A stretch of 64,000 nt of DNA from NCBI GenBank assembly GCA_009103225.1, contig RHPI01002990.1, positions 47,034 to 111,033 on the forward strand, in the 5' to 3' direction. A program made the translations under genes and the position numbers. Positions 13,560 through 24,880 of this stretch are shown here, in pieces. The notes beneath the pieces are model-generated. The model worked only from the letters and a program-made list of their open reading frames with translations, was not told where the DNA came from and did no database searches. Origin of the DNA: Chlorokybus atmophyticus (taxonomy: Eukaryota; Plantae; Mesostigma and Chlorokybus algae). Every line of letters begins with the position of its first letter. Position 1 is the first letter of the stretch.

Positions 13560-15327
13560 TGACAGTTGCATTCACACTCATTAGGTGCTTGTGCACAGCA
13601 AAAAGTTTTAGAGTGGATGTGGCTGATGAAAATGATGCCAACCCGCTAGCAGCTCAGGTACTTGAGCTGTTAGCGGGTTGGCAGCATTTCCGAGTAGCTA
13701 AGCTTCAAAACCAGTTGCCGGCCATGTTGGCTGCCAACACATCCATGAAGGAAGAGCATGAGCAGCAGCTTGCTAGGTTGACAACTGCAAATGCTCACAA
13801 GATGATGGCACGCCTTGAGTTTTTCTCAGGTCCCCGTGAGGGGAAAGGCAATGATCTTGGTGCTGTGCGTGACTGATTATCTAGATGCAAGTGTGTGTTG
13901 AGTGCTGCTGAGGTTTTGCCTTGGCGTGAGGCCAAGGTAATTGCACTGTTGGCATCCTACTCTCGGGGCAGTGCTGCACGCATCTCAACAAGGGCTTCAC
14001 CACGCCTAGAGGCCGCTGGCGAAGATGTCACGAGCCTGGGTGTGGCTAAGAGTGCTATGTTGCAGGCCTATATAGTGATGGGTTCACACCCCCATATATG
14101 GGGGTGTGAACCCATTACAGAAAGCAAGTGACAAGCTCAGGCGCTTAAAGTCAAGCCCGGGCAGTCAGTGGAGGACTTTACTGTCTCCTTCAAGTCGGTA
14201 TGCCGAGGTCGGCCAAAACATGCCGCCATCTGATGCGAAGAAGATGAACAAATATTGGGCTGCTCTGCCAGAGGATACGCAAGAACAGTTGACCTTCAAA
14301 AAAGGCCTTAAATCTTCACGCATGCTGACTACCATTTGATGAAGCGCACGACTGTGCAGCATAATAACTGCCAGCGCATGATCAATCATGCCAAGATGCT
14401 TACTTTGTCAAACAGCTTTTAGCCCTCATTGTTCACCACCATCGTTGCTGGTGGCAACGGCAACGGCAACGGCAGAGGCAACAATCGCAAGCACGGTCAA
14501 GGGCAAGCAACCCTTCCATCAACAACCTTCTATAGGTCAGCCCGGAGCTGAAAGGTGCTCGCTTCAAGGCTAGAGTGTGCCTCAAGTGCGGGGAGAAGGG
14601 CCATCGAGTAGTCACTCGCCCAAACCCCGCCAATGACAAGCCCGTTGCATAGAATGACGAGGTGGAGAGCTGCTCGACTAGCAGCAAGGCCCTGCCAGCT
14701 ACCAACATTGTGTTTAATTTTCGTTGGTAATGTACACCTTTCCCTTTCACATGTGATGTTGCTGTATGAGACAATGATATGCATCAGGCAGTCAACATGC
14801 ACACCGGTGTGCATGTTGACTGCCTGATGCATGAATGTGTGGGCAAGCATGTGCTGCTCAATACGCCCTTTAACAAGTTGTCAACGGTGCTCAAACACTA
14901 TGTAGAGTGCAAGAGCAAGAGTTCGCATAACACACGTGCATATGTCATTGTGCCCAAGTATAGAAAACCATACTTTCCCTTTACAATGGGTATGCAAGTG
15001 GTGCAGGAGATTGACAAGGCCCAAAATGGCTTGGGATGCTCTGTGCGTGTCATGTATGACCCGCCACTTCCCCACCCAAAAAAGTATTTGGATTTGACGT
15101 GGCTGTTCAAGGCGACAGTTGCACGTGTGCCACCGACTTTATTAGTAGAAGCTGGCACACAAGAGAACTTTGTGCTTGAAGCTCCTATACAAAGGTTGGG
15201 TATCCATATGGATAAAGCCAACAAAACAGTAGCTACGCTAGATGACCATGACATTCCAGCAAAGGGGTCCGTGCGTCTAGCGTTACTGCCATGGCAACGA
15301 TCCAAAAAGGGCCAGCTTCCTCGTTAA
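13560..15327 (+). mobile_element. Ty3/gypsy relic: gag, CCHC knuckle, Dam-like N6-adenine methyltransferase domain, aspartic protease
   Basis: Gag-like frames at 13559-14340 (EFFSGPREG...ALLASYSRGSAA...VKPGQSVEDF) and a knuckle CLKCGEKGH near 14580. Then PFTCDVAV*DND (14743-14778), GKHVLLNTPFNKLSTVLKHYVECKSKSSHNTRAYVIVPKY, and a protease-like WLFKATVARVPPTLLVEAGTQENFV. Confidence 0.7.
14779..14832. repeat. Perfect 54-bp palindrome with no spacer
   Basis: ATGCATCAGGCAGTCAACATGCACACC|GGTGTGCATGTTGACTGCCTGATGCAT is its own reverse complement. Confidence 0.97.
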
Positions 15328-16414
15328 TGCCTGCAGCCATACATCATTCCCTTACTACCAGCGTCAGGAGGCATTTTAATCAGCTATGCCTACAGCCAGG
15401 CATCAATCCCGGCAATTAGCAGGAGACCCGCGTGACACTTAGCAATTGTGAGTCAGTGCTTGTAGGTACCTAGCCGTACTAGCTGATCCGTTGTGAGCTT
15501 GACTTAGGCTGTATCCAGGTCATTTCGTAAAATAGCCGCTGTCTTGGAATTGAACAATTGTCACTTGACCATAAAGGCTTAAGATTTAACCTCTGTATGT
15601 TGATGACATTGTAAGTGAGAATTGAGGACTTGGGAATTAAAAGTACAGACACTGATCTTTAAGTGCTCTGAGCTTAATCTTTGGAAGTTGTGGCTTGATG
15701 TGACTGCATCACCTCGCCGCCCGGTTGTGAAGTTATATCTACACGTGAGAGAGTGCAATGTATGCATGCGTGCATTGCTTATCACTTGATGTGATTGTGA
15801 TTGAGTGGGTGCATGTTGTGTAGTCCGCATGGGAGTGTGGTATTCATGTGTTGCCGCATTTATGCACCTCACTTAACAGTGGAATTGTCTTGACCTCATG
15901 CAATAAATTGTATAAGCAGCACTACCTCTAATAGTGGCTTGACTTACAGTGTTATCCTCCTTGTACAAGTGAGTGTCGTGCATCAATATTGTTTGCAATC
16001 TACCAGACCAGTGGTAGTGACGTGGTTGCGATTGTGTTGTGTTATCATTGTTAGCACATAGTGCATCTACACGCACTAATGTGTTGGGTGGTAGCATCGG
16101 GGGAGCAATAGTAGAGCACACACACTCTGTCTTGCTTTCTCTTGCGCTCACCGTGCAACTTGCATGAGAGAGTCCCCAGCAGCCAAAGACTCATTGTTAC
16201 GGGCTTTCCCCTATAGCTGAGAAGATCCCCAGCAACTTCGACAGCTGGTTAGCTCGAACCTGTCCTATGATACGGCAAAGAAGAGGGCGACGACAACATT
16301 GCCAGCACCCGCTCTTCCCCAGCACACAATTCAGGACATACCACGTCTCGTCATTGAGTTGAAGACTTCATCAAAAAGCTCGACAGCGACGACATGGAGT
16401 CATCAGGCTCCACC

Positions 16415-17084
16415 TGTGACGGTGCTCGTGCCTTGTCACCTATGAGTTGGTCCAATCAACAACCCTCTCACCAAGACACGGTATTCACACCGGAACCTTG
16501 CCCCCTCTGCCAAGCACACACACGCGCCCCACCACTCGCGTACGCACGCGCATGCGCTCCAAGCTACACACCGACTTGTGTAGCGCCTTGGATCGTCACA
16601 CAAGCAAGCACACACCAGTGAACACATGCTAGTAACCCTTGCTCATCACCACCAAGCTTGCACACAAGAAACTAAGGAGCTAAAGGTTGGTTTACACATA
16701 GTGGAATGTCTCTTTTATACCTACCGATCTGCACATGTTACTATCTAGACGATTTTAGCGCTAGAAGGAACTAGAAGCTAAGATATAATTGCAGAATCTT
16801 GTAGTACACTTCTAGAACTTTCCAACGCATCAAAAATCTCCTCATTTGCTGCTCATATGGTCAAGTTATACTACTTGGCGCCAGGCCCTTCTAGAAATCT
16901 GGTCGAGCCCTTCTCGACTGGCCCTCCGTTTTCTGGCGTCTTCCAGACTGGCCCTGGGCCGGTCGATATCTGCGGTAGACTCGCAACTCGCCGATATCCG
17001 CCACAAGTCATGACAAGCATGATATCTCACATATAAGGCCTAAAATGGCCATGACAATCACGAAATTTGGCCTTAACTGTTACA
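16415..17084 (-). mobile_element. Solo LTR (670 bp) of the chromovirus family with 5-bp TSD CCACC
   Basis: Ends are TGTGACGG...TGTTACA and the sequence is homologous to 35678-36346. CCACC lies at 16410-16414 and 17085-17089. It interrupts the gag of the + strand DNMT element. Confidence 0.96.
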
Positions 17085-18614
17085 CCACCCATGTTCTCAC
17101 CTTCTCCGAACGGTTTGGCACAACACCGCTGGACGAATGGATCATCAAATTTAACGCCAGGATGAGCTACCATGCAACTAAGACTCTCAATTGGTCAGAT
17201 ATAATATCGTTGCGCATGGCTGCACCTTGCTTAGATCACGAGGCGCATGAGGTGCATAGGTCAGTTGCTGCACAACATGAGATTGGAGGGAATGGGGTGC
17301 TGCCCGGCATTAAAGCGCTGCCCATTGATGCATAAACCCCTGGCGCCCTTACCACGCCCATTGTTTTAGCTGCCCCATTGCAAGGCCCTGCCCTTACAGA
17401 AGCTCTAGCCGCAGCGCAGTTGACAGCTGAAGCAGATGTACCGCCAGTGGACGCAGTATTGGTCAATCGTGAGCTAACGAAGGCACAACAAGCCCGTCGT
17501 GCCTAAGTTTGCCTATTGGCATAAGGACTTCTGATTGAACAACAATTGTTGTTCAATCAGCTGTTTGCAAACAGCTGTGGACGCGGCACAAGCACGCCAA
17601 CGGGCTGTTGCTGCAGAGAATCCTGTCCAAATCAGAACTGAAGTGACCCGGCACACAGCTGCAGGTAGTACCCTGTTATTGGGTTTTGTCAGCATGCGAG
17701 GACCTGCCCTCATTGTCAGGGTGGACCCCTCGTTGTCACCCTTGCAGGACTTGCATCTTGCGCTTTAGCGTACATCCCCACAATAGACTAGTCAGAAGGT
17801 GGAGGAGTTGCATCAGGCGCAAGGCAGGAGAGGATCCCCTGCGTACTTACACCCGCATGGTCAAGCTGCTAAAGGACACCAACCACAAGATCCTCAGCGA
17901 CGAAGCTGCCGCCGTGGTGTTTGTCAATCAACTATAGCCTCCACTAAACAGAACAGTGGACAGCGCTCGCAACAACATACGACCACAAGGGTACTCGCTA
18001 CTTCAAGCCGTCTCCAGCAGCCCAGGCAATCCATGATCGACAGGTGTGGATGAGAGCAGTGCTGGACATGAACTTTGGTCCTTCATAAGCCCCTGCATCT
18101 GCTTCACACCCAAGCCAACGCGTCCGTATGTCTTATCCCACCAACACACCCAAACTTCCTACAAAGTCAGCCCACGCTGCACTTCCTGCTCCCGTTGTTT
18201 GTCATTAAAGTGATCGTCACGGCCATCACCAAAAAGAACGTTAAACTGATCGTCGCGGCCATTACAGAGGAGTATGGCAACTTGGTGTGCGACCACTGCC
18301 ACAAGAATGGACACTTGGAGGTAGTCTACCTGGTGGTCAGCAAACGCATGGGGAGCAGCAGTTGCACACACGCTTGATGCAAAAAGCCTTCTAAAGAATG
18401 TCGCAACATCAAGGTTTAGAACGCCACACTCATAGGGATGCTGCGACTACAGCAAACCATCGGGAGAATGGGCTCAAGTACTCACGAGGTTGATCAACAA
18501 CCACCCTGCACTCCCATCGTTTGCATTCCAGAATACCACGAGAATGTTCCTGCTGCAGAACAACTCACCGTCGCCACCAAAGTTGTGGACTTTGGTGCAG
18601 CGCGACACCAACAA

Positions 18615-19540
18615 GGCATCACCTTGCTGGAGCTGCTTGGCGGGATTAAAAGCAGCTTGGGAGCCCTTTGCAACACCGGTGGCAAGGTAACACAGTATTA
18701 CTATTGTGATCTTTACACACATGCTCAGACCGCTGTTCGCCATCATCTTTGTCAACTGCATATGCATTATCCGCACTTCCTGCCGCTGTCTACATTGCGT
18801 AGAAGTCTGAGGGCTCTGCTCAAGACATCCACCACATATCTGCTTATCATGTCCTTGCCTTGGGCAATGTTAACCTGCCGATCGCTGTATGGGAGTGCCA
18901 AGGTCATTCCAGGGCCGGCACATGTCGTGGGTTGGACGATCCGCGTTCCACACTCTTTCCAGAGTTGTTGCGGGTCATCCATCAACTGCGACACTTTCAG
19001 ATTCAACACCCTCTGGCATATATCAGCGAGAATGTCCACTCCGAAAATGATCATCGCCAACATGTGCAGCACAGCTATCACGTGGTGTGCTCCATCCTTG
19101 GACATCCAATTAGAATAAACACTGCACACTATGAATCACGTGCACACCGCGTCCGCGCCAAGTAAACAAACCTTGCCGCTGTGAAAAACCTGATAGCAGC
19201 TGAGCACTTCCTCAGTGCACGGCCTAAAAGCTTGCTCATGTATGACATCATGGACACTGGTAGGACGTTGCAACCAGTCACACGCCACGACCACTAACAT
19301 TTCCATTAGTGCAACCAATTAGGAAAACTACGTTGCGCTCTACCCACTCTGATCTCGTATCTAGGCTCATATGCCCTTAAAAATGGCGGGGACGGCATGG
19401 TCTTTAACAGCAACACGAGCTGGCTGGACAAACCCAATGCACGCGAACGCAATGTGCCATGGGTTTCTTTTCAGCATCACCAGCTTTTCGCTGATGGACA
19501 GTCAATAGAGGCAACTATTTGGCCGCGCCTTAGACCAAAG
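18615..19540 (+). pseudogene. Retrotransposon-borne C5-cytosine methyltransferase domain, frameshifted
   Basis: Motif I GITLLELLGGIKSSL (18615), motif IV NLPIAVWECQGHSRAG (WECQ at 18890-18901), motif VI ISENVHS (19028), motif VIII ESRAHRVRAK, motif IX KPNARER and motif X-like RQLFGRALD, all in canonical order. Confidence 0.85.
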
Positions 19541-21249
19541 TATGGTCTGGTTGCTGGAGATGTGCCTCGCCATTCAAGACCGACAGGTATCTATCAGAGA
19601 TTTTAGTCACCTGTACGTGGGGTGGGTCAATTGCTTGGACACTGTCGTGGCCCACACCACTTTAGAGATTGCTGGCATTGAGGAGCGGGCAGCAGTCACA
19701 GTGGAGGACATTTTGTGAAGGCGACAGCCACGTCATAGGATCGTGCCGTGGGACCCTTGGCTACAGGGCTTGTGAAGGAGGGGTGTCGCACGATCATAGG
19801 GGACAGATTGTGGACGAGTTTATTGGCTCCAGCACGTAGCATATGAGCAGAATTGCAAACAAGTGCTACTTGCTTGTTGGCTGACAACTTTGGTTTCTTG
19901 ATTCGGGCTGTCAAAACTTTGCCAACACAAGACTTCTATTAATTCGAAACAGCTCTTGATATGCATATGGCGCAACAACACGCAACGCCTCAATTGGTAA
20001 AATGTTTCCAACAAGCACGAGTTGTTATCTCTTCACATTGCAATCTATTATATTGTACAAACAACTGCTATGTTGGCGTGTGTCACCTATTACGCTGTTT
20101 AAGGCGCCTACAATACAATTAAACACATTTCGTGATACTTGTCTTGAATGACAATTACGAACTTTTCTATCTTTCTTCATGTGGTTCGTGATGACTCGCT
20201 TCGCTCCACTCGTTGTTTACGGCTCTCTCTTTCCATTATAAATCGTGCAACACACCTCAGCAAGTCTACTGACATTTTGGCAGCTTCATACGGCTGGCGA
20301 TGGTAGAAAGTAAAGATATCTTATGGGACACTCTTGTGCTGTAACAATTATACATGTTGTGTCTATAGGTATGATGATGCCGTAAGCGTCTGCGCGCATC
20401 CCCGATCCCGCGTTTCGTGTGACTTGTTTTGTACACTGGAGAACCCGATATGGCGCAGAGTTTTCATATTCGGCCGAGGTCTTGTCCGCGGCGACAACAA
20501 AGGTTTTGCCAATGCAAATTGACAAAGCCAGTGCTTCTTGATTTGATAGGAGAAGCTGCACACGCACGCACTATTAGCCAACGCACCAAAACTCAAAGTG
20601 TACGCTATACTTACATGTTGTTCGACGTCTTCAGCGACCCCCTCAGATGCAATCAGCTTTTGCCGTCTCATTATTGGCACATGTGATCGAGGCAGTGCGT
20701 GTCACCTGTAGAAATGGCCCCTGAACAGTTCGGCCTTGCCCTCAACTTAAATAGAGATCTAGCTATAACTTACTTTGGGTTCCGCATGTAAGCAACGTAT
20801 GGGATTTTGCAAATTTACCTGCTGCAGCCACGACTTAGTTTGGTATCTGGCTGCCATTAAGGTCAAGTAGTTGGTGTGCATAAAGTTCGATATCCGTCTT
20901 TTCTTGAACTTAATAATGTCCACAACCTGTACTATTTTTTAGTTAGATTAGGTATTAAGGGGATCAAACATAATGCGTGATCTAACCCAAAATTGTTATG
21001 GCCGCAATTCTCGGCAAAAACCCAAAAAGTCGCAACGCAGCGAGATTTGCAACCACGTCGCTGGGTAGGGAAACTTTGCGGATGCACTTGTCGAGTTTGC
21101 AAGCAACGACCTACGACTTAAACCCTGATCGACTAGACCATAAAAACGCAAGATACGTAGTGGCTAATGTAACTTATATTGCCTTTGATTGCCTCAATTG
21201 TCCCACGTGCCGTAAGAATTGTTGTATGGATTGCATGCATGAATAATAG

Positions 21250-21330
21250 TTATACATATGTAAATATATATATATGTACACATATGTATGTATATAGAAT
21301 ATATATATGTATACATGTATATACATCTAT
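21250..21330. repeat. TA-rich microsatellite
   Basis: Direct reading of (TA)/(TG)/(CA) runs. Confidence 0.9.
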
Positions 21331-21659
21331 AAGCCGGTAGCCGTTTATGTATATACGGCTACCAGTACCTGTGTTTTTATTCTTGATACATAATTGTGTA
21401 AACATGACATTCCTCCCCACTTGCATTGCAACTTCCACGTTGCAACCTGGTGGAGCACAATGTTGGCTAGCAAGGGTGGCCAACCCTTGTGAATCACCGC
21501 ACACTACGGCGTAAAAGGGCAAGTCATGGATGTGACAAGCAACCCCGACACCAAGTAACCGTGCGCGCATGTTGGCATGTCATGGCAGAGTGCCATGGTG
21601 CACATTGCAACTAAGCACAAGCTTAAGAGCACGAGCTCTTGCAAGTGGCACCTGTGGAT

Positions 21660-24600
21660 GAGCTCACATTTAAACTCTTCCAACTTGGCAGTACAGTTTC
21701 CCAAGTTAGAAATTGGCTCCTAGAGATTATGTCTCTTCACCATAATCTAGCCACTTTACCAAGTCTTTTGTTTGGAAGCCCTTCCCAAACTTCCTGAACC
21801 GTTTGCCAATAATAACCTCATACTTAATGTCGCCCGTATAACAACCTCAACAAGAGGTTGAGGTGGGTGTACTTTGCCATCACTCTTGTATGGTTTGAGC
21901 AGCGTCCCATGAAACACATTGTGGACACGCATGCTCTTTGGCTATTCAAGCCGAAAGGCCCGTGATCCCACAATTGCAGAGACAGTGGTTGGCCTAAGCC
22001 ACATGAGCAGGAGCTTATGTAAAGCACTAATTTCGAGCCCAATGTTCTTAGTGCTCAACAAGACCTTGTCCCCAAATTCATTGCATGGATAGATGGCACA
22101 GGGTGACTACCATAATTCAAAAAGAACGGAGTGCAATGACTTTTGCTATGCATTGTTCATTGCGAACTCAACCAAGGCGAGATGCATACCCCAGTCATTA
22201 GACCGGGGTGAGATGTAGTGTCGCAACACATCCTCCAGTACCAAGTTTGCACGCTCCATCTAATCACCACTCTGTGGACGGTAAGCAGTGCTTAAGCTCT
22301 GCTGCTCAGTCTCCATGTACTTACACACAGCTTGCAAGGATTAACTGGTAAACTTGGGGCCATGGTCAGATTTGAACTCTTTTGGTACCCTGTGCAGCTT
22401 AAACCCCGTGTTCATAAAAGCATATGCAAACTCTTGCGCACTGATGCTAGTGCGATAGGGTGAAACTGGATCATCTTAGTAAGACGGTCAACAAAGACAA
22501 TGACGGCATTATGCCCTCTCGTCGTCTCAGGCAGATCTGTGATTAAGTCGACACTCACACTTTCACATTGATAGCTAGCGGCTTCAACAACCCTGCTGGC
22601 TTATGGTGTGAGGCCTTGTCACGTTAACAAGTGTCACAACTCTGCACACACTTCGTTGCATCAGCAACCATAGCTGGCCATAAGTACTGTCGCTGTAGTT
22701 TCTTAACAGTTTTGGTCATTCCAATGTACTCGCTGAATACTGCGTTGTGTGCTTCAAACAAGCAATCTCCTCTAAGATGGAGTGCATCTGGCATAACCAG
22801 CTTGCCCTCACGATACCACATACCTTCGTGACAAGTGATCTTGTCGTCTCCTTGCTTTAACAACTCAACAAAGTAGTTGTCGAGTGCATAAGTCCGCGAT
22901 AAACGCGCAGCGATGTTTTGCACATCATCACCAAGCGGGTCCTCCCCACTTGCACCAGCAATTACCATAAGTTCCTCAACACAAACTTATTTACCTGCAG
23001 TTGGCAACTCTTCGGCACAAGCTTCGCTTGGTTGCGAATCAGATTGCCTTTGCACCTAAGACCTAGTTGTTGCTCCCAATCTTGGGGTTGTGCTCCCTTT
23101 TTTAGGGTGCAACCTTGCCCGTGTCATCGCTGCCAACAACAGAGGCGAGCGACCCAAAGGTTTTGTCACGTTCACTGTCCCAGGTCCGTACACCCAAGTG
23201 AAGTTAAAACGAGACAGGTACTCAGCCCACGGTGCTTGTCTCCTTGACAGGGTTGGGTCTGAAAGAAAACAAGGGGATTGTGGTTTGTTACTACCGTAAA
23301 CCCACCTTCCACCCCCTAGGGGAGGCCTCTGAATAGCAGCGCCACTCCTGCAGCGCATGGACCACCCCCAACCACTCTTACTCAATTGTAGTATAGCTTC
23401 TCACAGCAGAGAACTTCTTGCTTTAAAATGCAAGCCGGTGTCCCACCTAGAGCAATGCACCAGTGCCTTCAAAAGAAGCATCACTTGCAACCTGAAAGTG
23501 CTTGGTGAAGTCCGGCAATTGTAATACAGGTGCTGTCACCAAGACCTTTTCAATGGACTTGAAGGCTCTTTTCTTGCGCTTGCGCCCACCTTCACACAAT
23601 ATTGTCACGCAATTCCAGTAATGAGGGCTGCTGGACAAATAACCCAGGATGTACTCTTGAAAATAGTTGCTCAAACAGAGGAAGGCACGTAACTTGTGCA
23701 CATTCTTTGTGCACAAGATATGTAGCAGGCCACTATTTAATCCTTGCAACTTTCTTAGGATGGGGGCACACACCCTTTGCATTCACAACGTGCTCCAAGA
23801 TATCCGGCTATGTGTTCCGAAATTCACATTTGGGCATGTACGCAAAGAGCTGGTTGGCATGCAACGTGTTCAACACCTCGTGCACATGCACAGTATGAGA
23901 TTCAGAGTACTTACTAAACACCATGATGCTGTGTTCAAGTACATAAGTACTAACTTTCCTATCAGCCCATAAATCACCCGATTTATTATAGATTGAAAGG
24001 TGGCTGGCGCATTTGTTAGCCCAAAAGGTAGTACCTTATACTGGAACTGGCCCACATGCGTTCTATTTGCTGTTTTGGCACATCTTTTGGGGTAGTCCAT
24101 ATCTAATGGTATCCATTCACTAAATCTAATGAATTAAATACCGAGGCTCCGCTCAGTTTATCCAACAGATCATCGATCCTTAGCAGTGGGTACATATTGT
24201 TGATGGTGAGCTCGTTCAGAGTCCTATAGTCTATGCACATGCGCAGCCTGCCTAAGAAGGACAGCAGTCCTTCTTAGGTTTAAACAAAATATGTGCTCTG
24301 AAGGGAGAGCTACTTGGCTCAATCAATTCCTTCGCAAGCAATGCCTTAATTTGCTTCTCCTTGTCCGCATGCTCAGCTGAACTCAGCCCACATACGAGTC
24401 TAAACGGAGGTTGTGCACCCGTCACGAGAGGGATGGTATGTCAGACTTCCCTTTCAGGTGGCAGCTCAGCTCCAAACACGTCAGATTATTCATGCTGGAG
24501 AGCGTCTAATAATGTGTCTTGCCTATTGCTAAGTGTCTCACTTGAAGTGGGACTATCTTGGTCAGCAAGTAACTTAACTAGCATCAGGAGAGGTTTAGCA

Positions 24601-24880
24601 CCTTTCTTTACCGCTCTCTTTAACTGCATTGCACTCAACAACAGGGGTGATGCATCATATGATGCATCACTAGAGGCAGGGGAGGTATCATCACATCCCG
24701 CTGCTCTGCTCTAAGGGTCACACGCCCTTTCCATTTGCGGACACTGCACATTCCAGTGTTTGCATCTGTGCGCGGGCCATTACCACGCTTTTATTGGGCA
24801 CCAACAATGACAACAACACCTAGTACCTGCACAAATACCACAAGGAACCTAAGCTGGGCGTGGTAGCCTCGCACACGTAA
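21660..24880 (-). mobile_element. Old decayed chromovirus pol relic: protease C-terminus, RT, RNase H, integrase, chromodomain
   Basis: Fragments include GYHAQLRFLVV (protease), QYKVLPFGLTNAPATFQ (RT), APVLQLPDFTKHFQVASDAS (RNase H), LSRRQAPWAEYLSRFNF and EAHNAVFSEYIG...QYLWPAM...CDTC (integrase). A frameshifted KYEVIIGKRFRK...LVKWLDYGEE..EPISNLGNCTAKLEEF chromodomain lies near 21700-21830. The 5' side is cut by the element ending at 24881. Confidence 0.85.

Larger units (their letters stand above)
15600..19790 (+). mobile_element. Decayed, internally deleted copy of the DNMT-carrying Ty3/gypsy family: 5' leader, gag, knuckle, DNMT
   Basis: The leader at 15600-16150 is homologous to the reverse complement of 55380-55780. 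Gag GTTPLDEWIIKF...CLDHEAHEV matches 54814-55218. A knuckle CDHCHKNGHLEV (~18290) is fused to the pre-DNMT linker with no protease. The post-DNMT linker matches 32940-33200. Confidence 0.8.

Noticed and set aside
20280-20940. Possible Ulp1-like or other DNA-transposon accessory gene relic (NFMHTNYLTL, QCTKQ)
   Set aside because: The similarity is impressionistic only, with stops and no complete catalytic triad.
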